64,000 nt of DNA from the human T2T-CHM13v2.0 reference genome, Homo sapiens, in NCBI RefSeq assembly GCF_009914755.1, contig NC_060945.1. The stretch is one strand, 5' to 3'. Below are positions 1-13,670 of this stretch, one piece after another; position 1 is the first letter of the stretch; each line of letters opens with the position of its first letter. The position numbers and the translations under genes were made by a program. The notes below the pieces were generated by a model. That model was given only the letters and a program-made list of their open reading frames with translations. It was not told where the DNA came from and ran no database searches.

Positions 1-459
1 AGATTCTGCACTCTAGTTGATTAAAACTCAAATGACTCCTGTCCCTGTGAGTTCCAGCAGGTGTTCAGTTTGTAGTTCCCCAGTAATTGTTCTTTCGGTG
101 ATAGTTATTTTTTTGCCCTGGTATTTAAATTTTCTGTAAAGTCTCGCCCTATACATGCACAGCTTAGTATTCAGCCAAAGACTTAAAGAAAGAGTATTCT
201 GAAACTCTATAGTTTTTCCTTTCTGCCAGTTTTTATTGCAAATTCCAGCCCGTCTTAGACTCCCCAAACTCAAATCTTTTTCTCCCCAGAGCAACTTTGC
301 TTGGATTTCCTTATGTGGACCATGGTCTGAAAGTACTTCCATGCATAAAATCAGGGTAATTATAGGTCTCCTCTCATTTGTTTCTTTCCTATTATGGATC
401 ACATGTTTGTACTGTCTGTGTTTCAGTGTCCTAGAATTCATATTTTCTAGATTTTGGTT

Positions 460-613
460 GTCTGCTGCCATGTGAGATGTGCTTTTCACCTTCCACCATG
501 ATTGTGAGGCCTCCCTGGCCAATTGGAACTGTAAGTCCATTAAACCTCTTTCTTTTGTAAATTGCCCAGTCTCAGGTATGTCTTTATCAGCAGTGTGAGA
601 ACAGATTAATACA
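460..613 (+). mobile_element. THE1-family MaLR LTR, 3' part
   Basis: CCACCATGATTGTGAGGCCTCC...CCCAGTCTCAGGTATGTCTTTATCAGCAG...TAATACA is the THE1 LTR 3' end. Confidence 0.85.
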
Positions 614-789
614 GATTCCTAACTAAGCCTAAAGTCAAAGTAATGTCTGTTTTAGGCCAAGAGCTAATTACAAAACTAGTTATTGTATATCGCTTTATAG
701 TTTATAACACATTTTTGCACACTTCACTGAGTTACTAAATTAGTAAGAATTGTAGTTAGTTAAAGGTAAAATCCTTGACTATTCAAAGA

Positions 790-1172
790 CCTAGGCTTTG
801 AACCTGTACAGCATATGACTGTACTGAATACTATAGGCAATTATAAGGCAATGTATTTGTGTATCTGGACATACTAAAGGTATAGTAAAAATACTGTATA
901 AAAGAAAAAAATGGTATATCAGGCACTGATTGTGAATGGAGCCTGCAGGAGTAAAAGTTGCTCTGAGTGGGTCAGTGAGTAAATGGTGACTGAATGTGAA
1001 GGCCTAGGACATTACTAAAAATCACTGTAGACTTTATAAACACTGCACATGTATACTACACTGTTTATTTTATAAATTTTTCTTTCATCAATAATTAACC
1101 TTAGCTTACTATAAATTTTTTACTGAATAAACTTTAATTTTTTAAATATTTTGACTATTTTGTAATAACAGC
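790..1172. mobile_element. Tigger3/MER7 (Golem) DNA transposon fragment
   Basis: AACCTGTACAGCAT..ACTGTACTGAATACT..GAATGTGAAGGCCTAGGACATTACT..GTAGACTTTATAAACACTG resembles recalled Tigger3b. Confidence 0.75.
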
Positions 1173-1565
1173 TATATTAGTCCATTTTCACACTGCTCTA
1201 AAGAACTACCTGAGACTAGATAATTTATGAAGAAAAGAGGTTTAATTGACTCACAGTTCCACAGGCTGCACAGGAAGCATGGATAGAATAGGAGGCCGTA
1301 GGAAACTTACAACCATGGCAGAAGGCAAAGGGGAAGAAAGCATGTCTTATCATGGTGGAGAAGGGGAGAGAGACAGAGCAAGGGAGGAAGTGCCACCCAC
1401 TTTCAAATAACCAGATCTCGTGAGAACTCACTCACTATAACGAGAACGGCAAGGGAAAAGTCTACCCTCATGATTCAATCACCTCCCACCAGGCCCCTCC
1501 CCCGACATGTGAGGATGACAATTCAAGATGAAATTTGTGTGAGCACACAGAGCCAAACCATATCA
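1173..1565 (-). mobile_element. MSTA/THE1D MaLR LTR (3' LTR)
   Basis: TATTAGTCCATTTTCACACTGCT...AGCCAAACCATATCA = full LTR in reverse. Confidence 0.9.
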
Positions 1566-2200
1566 TTCCACCCTGGCCCCTCCCAAATCTCACGTCCTTT
1601 TCACATCTAAAATCACAACCATGCCTTCCCAACAGTCCCCCAAAGTCTTAACTCATTCCAGCATTAATTCAAAAGCCCAAGTCCAAAGTTTCATCTGAGA
1701 CAAGTCCCTTCTGCCTATGAGCCTGTAAAATCAAAAGCAAGTTAGTTGTTTCCAACATACAATGCGGATATAGACTTTGGATAAATACTTCCATTGCAAA
1801 AGGGAGAAATTGGCCAAAATAAAGGGGTTACAGGCCCCATGCAAGTCTGAAATCCAGTGGGGCAGCCATTAAATCTTAAAGTTCCAAAATAAACTCCTTT
1901 GACTCCATGTCTCACATCCAGGGCACACTGATGCAAGAGGTGGGCTCCCAAGGTCTTGGGCAGCTCTGCCTACATGGCTCTGCAAGGTACAGCCCCTGAG
2001 GCTGCTTTCATGAGCTGGCTTTGAGTGCCTACGGCTTTTCCAGGTGCAAGGTGAAAGCCGTCAGTGGATCTACCATTCTGGGGTCTGGAGGACAGTGGCC
2101 CTCTTATCACAACTCCACTAGGCAGTATCACAGAGGGGACTCTGTGTGGGTGCTCCAACCCCACGTTTCCCATCTGCACTGCCCTAGTAGGTCTCCATGA
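1566..2200 (-). mobile_element. MST/THE1 internal region, 3' part
   Basis: Abuts the LTR: TTCCACCCTGGCCCCTCCCAAATCTC...; minus ORFs 1742-2179 are typical THE1-int translations. Confidence 0.85.
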
Positions 2201-2614
2201 GGGAGACCAACAATATCTGTTAGAGAGATCGCATAATGTTTTTTTCTGAAAATCATTGCATTTCCTCTACAATGGTGAAAATTTTTCTCATCATTTAAAG
2301 TCCAATTCAAATGAATGTCTGCTACAAAAATATCTCTAGTCCTTTTACTTTCCTGAATTCCCACAATGCTTGCTCATAGCACTACTATTTTTAGTATGTT
2401 TTTCTGACATGGCCCCATTTTTAAAATAAAGGATTTAGTATATTCAATATATCCATCCACCCATCTCTCACCTATTTGTTTCTCCTCCTATGTTATCTAA
2501 TTCTCTCCAATTAGAGAGGTGCTTTTTCCATTTAGCCAGGAAGATTGGCATATGTAGCCCCAGGCTCAAAGCCTTCTGGTACCATGATCCTGAAGGTACT
2601 GGAAATTCAAGATG

Positions 2615-3380
2615 GTGTGACTGATTGACTGAATTATTATTTCTACTTCTTCACCCCCTTTCACTTACATGTGACCTTATAGTTCACTGTAGTGAGCAGA
2701 ATATATTTCCCCATCCCAATGAGATATTAATGAACATGACAGTGAGCAGAGACCTTAAATGTGCTTGTGTGCCTTAGCTTGGCTTCTTTATCTCTGTCAT
2801 ATGTCACAAGAAGACCTTCATCCAGGTATTTGCTGGTCCAAGAAAGATGAGAGAGATGTAGAGATCAAACAGATTGAAGGGTCCAACTTGCAGCCTAGCT
2901 CTGGGTTGCCCCAGCTGACCTATAGATCCATGATGTTGGTTATTAAAGTACTGATATGGTTTGTCTCTGTGTCCCCACCCAAATCTCATGTTGAATTCTA
3001 ATCCCCAATGTTGGGGAAAGGACCTTGTGGGAGGTGATTAGATCATGGAGGTGGATTTCCCCCTTGCTATTCTGGTGATAGTGAGTTCTCATGATATATG
3101 GTTGAAAGTGTGTAGCATTTTCCCCTTTGCACTCTCTCTTTCCTGTCACTATGTGAAGATGTGCTTGCTTCCCCTTCACCTTCCACCATGATTGTAAGTT
3201 TCTTGTGGCCTCTCCAGCCATGCTTCCTGTACAGCCTGTGGTACTGAGTCAATTAAACATCTTTTCTTTATAAACTACCCAGTCTCAGGTAGTTTTTAAT
3301 AGCAATGTGAGAACAGATTAATACAAGTACTGGGGGTTGTACAATTATGCAACATTTTGCAGTGATAGCTGATTAATACA
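2615..3380 (+). mobile_element. Old MLT1-type LTR interrupted by an MST LTR
   Basis: MLT1-like body (2615-2950) resumes after the insertion and ends GATAGCTGATTAATACA at 3380. Confidence 0.6.
2952..3325 (+). mobile_element. MSTA/THE1D solo LTR
   Basis: TGATATGGTTTG...TAATACA termini; 5-bp TSD AGTAC at 2947-2951 and 3326-3330. Confidence 0.92.
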
Positions 3381-3850
3381 GCGGGATTCTGAATGGCCAA
3401 ATGTGATTCATATGCTTGTCTCTGAATCAAACACAATTGCTAGTACTTTAATTGGCCAGGCTCTATTACATTTCCAGCTCTTCCTCCATTCCCAAATGAT
3501 TGAAGTTGGCTCAGGAGTGGGGGTGTAGGAATTAAAATTTGATCTCAAGATATGGAAGACAAGTTTCCCAAAAGGAAAGTGGTTGCTCTTACCAGAGGAA
3601 GGGAATTGGTTTGAAACCTATTAAGCAGGAAAAATCTATCTGTCATAATCTAGTCTGGTACTCTTTCTACATCATTATTTATTGCTAAATTTTAAGCTGA
3701 TTTGTATGCAGAAACTCTGCCTTACTCATCTTGTGTTTAACACTTACAAATTATAATGTCTTATAATTTGTGTTTGAATCCAGTAGGATTAAGTTTCACT
3801 GCAAGTAATATAAAAATCCCCAAGTAACAGTGACATAAAAAGTTGGACAT

Positions 3851-4154
3851 GGGCAGACATGCTGGCTCATGCCTGTAATCCCACCACTTTGGAAGCCTGA
3901 GGCAGGAGGGTCACTTGAGTCCAAGAATTCATGACCAGCCTGGGCAACATGGTGAAACCCCATCTCTACAAAAAAATACCAAAAAAATTAGCCGGGTGTG
4001 GTGGCGCAGGCCTGTAGTACCAACTACTCAGGAGGCTGAGGTGGGAGGATTGCTTGAGTATGGGAGGTCAAGGCTGCAATTAGCTGGGATTGTGCCACTG
4101 AACTCCAGCCTGGGCAACAGAGTGAGACCTTGTCTCAAAAAAAAAAAAAAAAAA
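3851..4154 (+). mobile_element. Alu (AluJ-like)
   Basis: Dimeric Alu with poly(A); degenerate TSD AAAAGTTG(G/T)AC; sits within an old MLT1-like LTR (~3780-4475). Confidence 0.95.
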
Positions 4155-4257
4155 GTTGTACTTTATTTTTTTCTCTTATGTTGAAGACTAGAATTGAGCA
4201 GCCAGGGTGAGTGTGGTGACTCTGATTTTCAAAGTTCTTAAGCATGCATTTTGCTTT

Positions 4258-4355
4258 GTTTTTTTTTTCCATGAGACAGAGTTGCTCCGTCACCCAGGCT
4301 TGAGTTTAGTGGTGCAATCTTGATTTACTGCAATCTCCGTCTTCTAGACTCAAAC
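4258..4355 (-). mobile_element. Alu 3' fragment
   Basis: T-tract followed by GAGACAGAGTTGCTCCGTCACCCAGGCT. Confidence 0.8.
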
Positions 4356-4588
4356 TGAGGTGGGGGCTTGGGGACCACATCTTTATTCCAGATGACCATA
4401 TGGCCAGCTAAAAGTCAGGGCTTCTAAAAGAGGGAGCATAGATATTGCAATTTCAGCAAGCAATCTCTACTGCAGTGCTCAATATTTATTAAATGAATGA
4501 ATCACATTAAAAATTAAAACTGATTAATAAACACTAACAATTAAATTTTTAATCTTAGATGAAATGCTGGATTAAAGAATATATTTGA

Positions 4589-4942
<354 letters not shown>

Positions 4943-5585
4943 TTATTTCAGTTTTATTCATCCATTTTCTAAAAGTGTAATCCTTATAAGATTCTACACA
5001 GGGAGTCTAGCGCTGCTCTTTTGGAATCTTTAACCCTGAAGAAAATATCACTCTTAAAATTATGGCTCCTCTAAAGCTTAGACAAGCATCCCTCTGAAAG
5101 TTTGAGATACAGATATTTGCATTAAAGGGATTTATTACCTATAGTTTTAGTAATGCTGACATTATGGGTAAGCTGTCTGCTGATCCATTGTCTTGTTTTG
5201 CAAGCAGAACAAAGCAAACCTATTTCTAGTCTATGGATAAATTCTGTGTTGGCATTTCTGGGAGAAGATTGGGAGTTAACTACCAAGCTATTGATTTTTT
5301 TTGTGTCTGCTGTGAGCCAAATCCAGTCTTCAGTAATGTGCACAGTCCCCCCTGTTAAATTCAAGGTGATAAAAGGAAAGTTTAGTATTGATGTCTGAAG
5401 TTAGAAAAGTCTGTTTCATAATTTACCAGAGGTTTATTTTTATATTCCATTGTGTAAGTATCAGTCTTTGGGTATAGAATACTCAAGCTAGAAATTAAAA
5501 TCCAGACGTGTTTCTGAGTTTACTATTGGTGTACCCATTGAATGAGATACAATTTTGAAGTTTGATGCTGAGAGAAATATAGCAT

Positions 5586-6034
5586 TGTTAAAAGAAAAAC
5601 CTTAGACAAATTAAATTTAACAGAGTTGAATTGAGCAAGAAGAAAATGATTCGCAAATCAGGCAGCCTCCAGAATCACAGCAGATTCATAGAGATTCCAG
5701 GGATGCCTCGTGGTCAGAGCAATTTATAGAAAAAAAAAAAAAAGGAAAGAAAAGAAAGTGACATACAGAAAATGGAAGTGAGGTACAGAAACAGCTCGAT
5801 TGGTTACAGCTTGGCATTTGCCTTATTTGAACACAGTTGGAACACTGAGCAGTGTGTGAGTGGCCAAAGTATGGCTCCTGGGATTGGCTGAGATTCAGTT
5901 ATTGCCACAGAAGCATTCTCCTAAGTTAGGTTTTCAGTCTTGTCTACCTGCTACGTTAGGTTATGGTTTGTCCAATAGGACTCAAGTATGGAAATAGAGA
6001 GGCTTTCTCAGGCCATATTTAGTTCCATTTAACA
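5586..6034 (-). mobile_element. MER57-family ERV1 solo LTR
   Basis: TGTTAA...TTAACA termini, 4-bp TSD GCAT (5582-5585, 6035-6038); GGAAGTGAGGTACAGAAACAGC..GATTGGTTACAGC..GCCTTATTTGAACAC core. Confidence 0.85.
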
Positions 6035-6144
6035 GCATTAAGGGTAGTAAAAAAAAGTACAACTTTTTTGCTTTTCTGCTTTTTTAATTTCTACTAAACA
6101 CTATTTTTTTCACAAAAGTTAAAACCAATGAAAAATGAAATTCC

Positions 6145-6290
6145 TTCATTCAATCAATCATTGATTTATTCATTCAATAATTATTTATTAAATGCACATT
6201 ATATGTGAGATACTGTGCCGGGTATTAGTTACACAGTAGAGAGCAAAACAAAGTTCTTCCTCTTGAGAAATTTACTGCTTAGTATAAGCA
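6145..6290 (-). mobile_element. L2 3' end
   Basis: (TTCA)n-type tail followed by TTTATTAAATGCAC..TGTG. Confidence 0.6.
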
Positions 6291-6669
6291 AAAGGCATTA
6301 AGTAATTGCATTTGGAAAGGAGTTTTTAATGGCAATAGAATACGTTTGCATTTCAATTGCTGTAGCACCATGAAGATGTCTAAGTACCACATTGGCAAAT
6401 AACTTTTATTTCTTGCTTTTTTCATTATTTTGCTAAATCTTATATGTTAAGCATATTAATAATTCATTATCTATAGTCTGTAATAAGGGATCCCACCATA
6501 GTATTTGTTTTCAAAATAACTGGAAAATGTAGGTTTCAAAACTGAAAACATTTTAGCTATTTTGAAAGAAAGGCTTCCAAAGTGTATTATATTCTTTTTT
6601 GCCATCTTAAAATATATAGGAGATAATTTATACATTAGCAAAATGTTTGTGTTAGCGGAGGGTAAATTG

Positions 6670-7960
6670 TTATAAACCCTGACTTAGAAATTCAGTGACT
6701 TAATAAACAAGAAAATGGTTTTTCCCTCATGTAATAACTGAAGGTAGGTACCCCAGGTTGGTAGTAGCTCTCCTTCACATGGTGATTTAAGGACCCAGGT
6801 TTCTTCCATCCTCTAGGACCTTGTCATCTGGTGCAAGGTCAGGATTGCATCCAGATTTCAGCCACTGGAAAGGGGGGTAGTGTGGAGGAAGCACACCTCT
6901 CTTAAAAGGCCCATTCCTGAAGAGGCAGGCACATACCACATCTACTCGTATTTCACATTTCATTACTGAGAATTTAGTCACATGGTTACATCAGTCTGTG
7001 AGGGAGACGGGGAAATGTAACCTATTTTTGTGCCTAGGAATAACGAGTGGATAATTTTTAGTAGATGACGAGCTGTCTCTCCCACAGCCTGAAACTCTGG
7101 CTGCCAAGTTTCTGTGTATATCCTTCTCATACTCATCCTCTCTCTGGGCAAGCCCCAAGGAGCACATTCACCCCTTCAGCCAGGGAGACAATTCAAGGTT
7201 ATAGTCAGCTGCTGCATCCAGCTCAGCATCCATAGGTATGTTGATTGGTGATGATCAGTCCTCTCACTCACATCCATAGGTAGCTCCTAGTTATCTGGTG
7301 ACCTATAAGTTGAAGGTAAAATACATCCTCTCTTTCTGTCACTCCTTCTTCCCACCAGAATAAATGGTGGACCAGAGACAGGATAACTGCAGTTAAAACT
7401 CCTATTCAGAAAAGGGAAGAAGGAGAAACACAGCAGTCACTGGTCCATAGCACTGATAGAAACCAGCTAGACACGGTGGGGGTCAAAGACCTCTGTCTTA
7501 GTAGTGAAGGAACTTCCTTGATTGGGCCTTATTTCTGCTTTATGGGAGTAAATTCTTGTCCATTGGTCTCTGGCCCCCTGCTGTGCTATCTGGAAGTAAC
7601 TTCTTTGCCTATTATTCTTCTTGATCAGATCTAAGAGGGCTTTGGGGAATTTGTTCCTCTTGAAAGCTGCATATATTTTACAGCTTAGTTTGTAGGCCCA
7701 TAGAGTCACAAGGCTATTTGGTTCTTAGGCTCATAGATTCTTTAGCAACACAGTTTCCTCAGTCTTAGTAAATTCTAAGTTTATTTGCTTCCAAGGTGCC
7801 TGTAAGCACAACCAAAACATTTTCTGGATGTATTCTAGATAGTACTTCAGCTTTTGCTTTTTTGCTCTTTCTCTGACATGTTCTTTCACGTTAATAGCAG
7901 CTATCTTGAGGCTATCTGAATAATTAGGCTTTACTGGGGAGGCAATAATCTGACCTTTTG
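6670..7960 (-). mobile_element. Old MLT1 LTR (to ~7086) plus adjoining MLT1 internal sequence
   Basis: GGACCCAGGTTTCTTCCATC, TAGTCACATGG..GGGAAATGTA, ends CTCTCCCACA; diverged internal-like sequence follows. Confidence 0.55.
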
Positions 7961-8029
7961 CCATTTAGAATCCAGAATCAGTCAGCTTTTCAGGTGAGAG
8001 GGTGTTTTTGGCCCCTTCTCCTTGAAATT

Positions 8030-8352
8030 ATTGTCACTTTTCAAGGAGGTCTTCTCTGATCACCCTATTTGAAACTTCCACCTGGACCCATCTTACTGTG
8101 ATTTTTTTAAAACACTACTTGTCACTTTCATATATTTATATATATATACATATATATAAATATATGAAATGATATATAACATATAATTATTTATTATACT
8201 AATTGTTTATCATCTGTCTTCCTCCTTTGGCATGTAAACTCCATGAGGTTTAGAAGTTACATTATATTCTCTGATATCTGTCAGGTATAGAGAACAGTGC
8301 CTGCTGCATGGTAGGTGCTCAACAAATCTATGTTATGTGAGTGAATGAATAA
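8030..8352 (+). mobile_element. L2 3' fragment
   Basis: AGAACAGTGCCTG..GTAGGTGCTCAACAAAT..TGAATGAAT. Confidence 0.65.
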
Positions 8353-8697
8353 TTTGAGAGTATGTTGACTTTTCAGGATCTGCTATATATCATGCTATAT
8401 GTCAGCTATGCAAATACTGCAGGTTACAGTTATTCTTTCCTATTGCACATAGATAGAATTTTTACTTTGCTCATTTCGCAGTGTAGGGCAGGATGAGTGC
8501 ATCTGTTTTTTCTCTGTTCTCTCCATAGAGACCTAGTCTATGCCAATTATGGAAATTCCATTATTCTTGTTGGTGATCAATCTAACAATGGACAAGTGAA
8601 GCATGTTGGCCAGTGAGGGATAAGCAAAAATATGGTAGCATGAAGGATCTCTAGAAAAAATTTTGTTTTCCTTTCACTTCCTTCCTTTCTGCTGTGG

Positions 8698-8982
8698 GTT
8701 TTGTTTTTGTTTTTGTTTTTGGTAGAGACAGGGTCTCACTCTGTCACCCAGGCTGGAATGCAGAGGCACATCACTGTAGCTCACTGTAGCCCCAAAATCC
8801 TGGGCTAAAGTGATCCTCCTGCCTCAACCTCCCGAGTAGCTGGGACCACAGGTGTGCATCACCACACCAAGCTAATTTTTGTATTTTGTGTAGAGATGGG
8901 GTTTCGCCACATTGCCTAGGCTGGTCTCGAACTCCTGAGCTCAGGCAATTCACCCACCTCAGCCTCCCAAAGTGCTGGGATT
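8698..8982 (-). mobile_element. Alu (AluJ-like) inside an old ERVL/MaLR-like LTR (~8540-9250)
   Basis: Reverse Alu with (TTTTTG)n tail. Confidence 0.92.
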
Positions 8983-10263
8983 CTGTGAGTATTTTTTATT
9001 CTCATGATGATACGATGTTGGAACTTCAGCACCTGTCTTATGATCATGAAGGCAGACATTGCTAACATTCCGAGATTTAATGACGGGAAAGACAGAAAGA
9101 ATCTCAACCCATATGACATAATTGAATCCCTGTTCCGATGTTGGAATAATTTTCTTTTTAAATGAGATAATACGCTTCTACTTTATTTAACCCATTTGGG
9201 TCTACTGTGCTGTCATTTGTTGATGTACCTGTAAACATCCTAACTGATACAGCAGCAGTATCTTCAGTAGCTACTGAGACTAATTTGCTACCACATTGCA
9301 ACTCATTCAACCATTTGTCCATTCATTCATTTATTGAGTAAATTTTCTATATACTAGGCTCTATGCAAAACCTAGAGGTAAAAAGATAAAGATGCAGTTT
9401 GTGCATGTCCTCATGGAACTGACAATAGTGGAACAATTACAAATTCAGTAAAAAAGTAGTAGTTGTACAGGAGTTCCACTAGTTCTACTGAATTTGAATG
9501 ATGGTAAGCATTTGCTCTGTGATAAGTGTCCTAGACAGATAATTTGTCTTCTAGGCATATGAAGATGGATTTCACCTATCCATCCTTCACCATTTGAGGG
9601 AGGTTCTCTTCTGTTGCCACAGAAGAAGTGGCACCAATGTAGGCAATTGTGACCATATTATTTAGTTCCTATCTATTGAGACATAAACTCATAGGTGGAG
9701 AAGATTATATAGCGTTAAATGTGAGATAGCTTGCTAGTTTGCTTCTTTCTTCTCTATGCCCACTTATAGGCTTTTCTTAAATACTTAGAAAAGTAGAACT
9801 CTGACTGTGGTTAGAATGCATACATCAAATTGTAGCTGCTTAAATATGCTCCTATAGGCTCTTGGTCAATTTTGCGTGTATGCCTGGAAAATAAATTAGA
9901 ATTGCAGATCGTTAAATATTTTAGTTTTATCCTCTGGGAAACTAGTTTTGTGTGTGTATGTCTTTTTTTTAAAAAAAAAACCCTACAGCTCTATCAATCT
10001 AAGCCAGCTATCTAGTCATTGATATATTGAACAATTTTATTTGCAAAGCTGTTCAATATCTGCAAATGGTGTTAGTGGCCAAATGAGTATATGGGCTTTA
10101 TAACTCAAACTCAGTAAGAGATGTTGTGTATTCCCCACTCCTTTTTGATAATTTGAATTCAAATGACAAATACATGTATGCTTAGGATGAAAAAGTATGT
10201 CATAAAATACTAGGTTCACTGGACTACTTTTCACATTAGGCTCATTGAAAGTTTATCTAGAGA

Positions 10264-10584
<321 letters not shown>

Positions 10585-10716
10585 TTAGTGAAATGGCTTA
10601 CTGTACAAAAAGTCTAAACCAAAGGTTCTCAGGGAACAAAGCACATGTGCAGTTTTAAAACAAAGCAGTGTTTTGTCCCATTGCTGTGATTTGTAGTAAT
10701 ACTTTACCCACTCTGA

Positions 10717-11088
<372 letters not shown>

Positions 11089-12347
11089 CCCATACTACTC
11101 CCTCTTAATAAACAGTTTCCACTGATAACATAAAGGGCTGGTATAAAAATGTCTTTAAATGAGTAAGCTTTCTTTGGTAAAATTAAATCATACAAATTAT
11201 TTTTAAAACCTTCTGATATATACAATATTTAGCCCAGTTTTCTAATTTTCTGGATGTAAAACAAAAGGTTTAACATACATTCCTTGAGCTGTTAGTGCTA
11301 TTGAAATCTTTTGTCCCATTTAAGTCCTAAACACTTTTGGTTGGTTGAGTAGCATGTGAGTTTTTTTGGGTCTCATAGCATGCTTTTTGGCTTAATTTCA
11401 GGTTTATATATATAAATAAAGGAATTAAGTAAAAATAAAATTTGAGTTACTTTTTGAAAGCACCTGAAATCTTGGATTGGAATACGTTGTCTATTTCAAG
11501 TCTAAAGCTGTGGTTTTCCCCTTCTGCTTTACTCTTCTTCAAATGTTGTTGTAATGTAATTCTTTCCTGAGCTTTCCCTGTTTCCTTAATAATGCATAGG
11601 ATGGCAATAAAAATAGTTTTAAATCTCATCCCTCCATGAGAGGTTAGCTCCCCAAGTATAAGCTCCTTTTGTATTGTACTTGTAATTGCTCATTCAATGT
11701 TGGTATTGCCTGGTAGACTGTAAGTTTCCTGAGGGCCAAGAATGCTTTTGCCTCTTCCATTGCTGCTTCCCGAGTACCTTCTGTATATTTCATAACCAAA
11801 TAATGTAAATGATATATTCCATTTAAAGGGTCAAAAAAAGTTTGGAAAGAAAGTTTATGTGGGAAGAAAAGGTAATATACTGTTTTCCCACAGACATAAC
11901 AGGAGAATTAATTTATATGCATGTGGAAGCTGTTCAGGAGCTACTCTTAGTTTGCTTTATGTATTTAAAGTTTGTTTTAAGTATCTTTAAGTCTTAAGTA
12001 TCCCTATTTTTTTCCTCTTTTCTAGAATGATTTTGGAATTTCCACTTTTTGTTCTTGTCTACTTTGTGATTACCAAGTTCTCTAATGGTATTTGACAGTT
12101 CCCTTTGTTTTGATTTGTGACATATGATGGATAAATATAGTTAACAGATATAGAGGGGAAATTGTCACATTTAATACATGTAAACCTGTGATTTTAAAAA
12201 GAGGAACTACTCATATATATGTCTGTGATGAAACAAAAAATAGATTATCTCATATCTAGAAATAAGAAAAGGTTATTAAAATTCAGAGGAAATAAAGCTA
12301 GCAACCCTGCCTATACCAAAGAATATTTTGATTTTCATAGTGCCTTT

Positions 12348-12570
12348 CGTCAACTAAAGAAAGAAACTGAGGCAAATTAACATAAGTCGAGAATTTATTT
12401 GGGCCAAATTTGGGGACTGCAACCAAGGAGACACAGATTCAAGTTGCCATGAATATATGCTTTGATTAGCAGTAGTTACAAGTTGGCTTTCAATACTCAT
12501 GTCTCTCTGGATCTGATACATTTTGCATACCTCACATAGCTCAGACATCTCTGAGCTACTTTTCTTCTCA
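12348..12570 (-). mobile_element. 3' LTR of the MER65-like provirus, internally deleted
   Basis: Matches both ends of 17995-18473 but lacks ~256 bp of the middle. Confidence 0.88.
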
Positions 12571-13179
12571 TTTCCCCTTTTTGATTGAGATCTTCCTCTT
12601 CTGAAAGCATTGATAATCAACATTTTAAATGTAGCTTTTCCCCATATTGCTAGGAAGGCTCATTCCCGGGTAATCTCTCTCTACATTGGAGGGAAAGAGG
12701 AGAGGCACTACAGCTTAAGAATTTAGTGAAGTCTTAGGCTAAATTAACTGGAAACACAAAGGGGCAGAGGAATTGGGTCTCAGGATTTCATCCACTTACA
12801 AAGGAAGTATGGCGTGTTGAATAATTTCTATGCATCTAGCTATCATGAGTTTAGTTTCTGTCAACAAACACTTTAGATAGAGAAATGCAAAGCATAATTG
12901 ATTTAAGAATCAAAAATATGACACAAATAAGGACAATTACTAATTAAACAATTTGAAATCCAAATGTGAGAAATATTCCAATACCTGAAGGTAACCAGTC
13001 AAATAAATCATATAAGGGGTCTGTCTTTCCAACCATGGGTCATCTTGTAGCCATTTAGCCTTTTGAGTGATCTTTTTAAACTGAGTTTCAATTTCTTGTC
13101 CTGGTCTGAAGAACCAGGTGACTGGCTGCAGGTCAGCTTCAGTTGGAGATCTCTGATGATGGAAGATGCCTACTCACGC

Positions 13180-13670
13180 AGGGCTACCTTTTTAAAATGA
13201 GAAATGTAAATCCATGAGTCAATGCCTTTGAGTTTAGCTGCACAAGTATTGATAAGTAATACTTGATATAGCTTCTTCCAACATGATTACAGGGAATCCA
13301 AAAATCTCAAAGTTGGAAGCCATGATATTTGATGTCATAAACTCCCAAGAGCTTGCTGTTAAAAGAATCCTCAATTAATTTAGAATTTTTAGTGAAATGC
13401 TTTTTAATGCCTTGGCAATAATGAAGACTATCATCTTTAAAGAGAGCTGGTTTATAGACTCCTTCATCCAGGCACATGGGGCTTCCTGGTATCATTTCAA
13501 AGGGAAAAAGCTGATGTTTTCCAATTGGGTAGAATGTAAGTTAAGCAATAACAATGGAAGAGCCTTAGGCCAGGGAAAGTTAAATGTTTCTATAAGCTTT
13601 GTCAATTTATTTTCTTATTATCCCATTTGTGTGTTCTACTAGTCTGGAAGATGGAGGGTAGTATGTCCAA
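13180..13670 (-). pseudogene. Degenerate ERV1 integrase C-terminal region
   Basis: Manual minus-strand translation across frameshifts: YYPPSSRLVEHTNGII / FPWPKALPLLLLNLHST / GKHQLFPFEMIPGSPM / LYQVLLINTCAAKLKGIDSWIYISHFKK (GPY/F-type module). Confidence 0.8.

Noticed and set aside
28-540. 170-aa minus-strand ORF
   Set aside because: Starts inside a THE1 LTR and has no recognisable domain; likely a chance ORF
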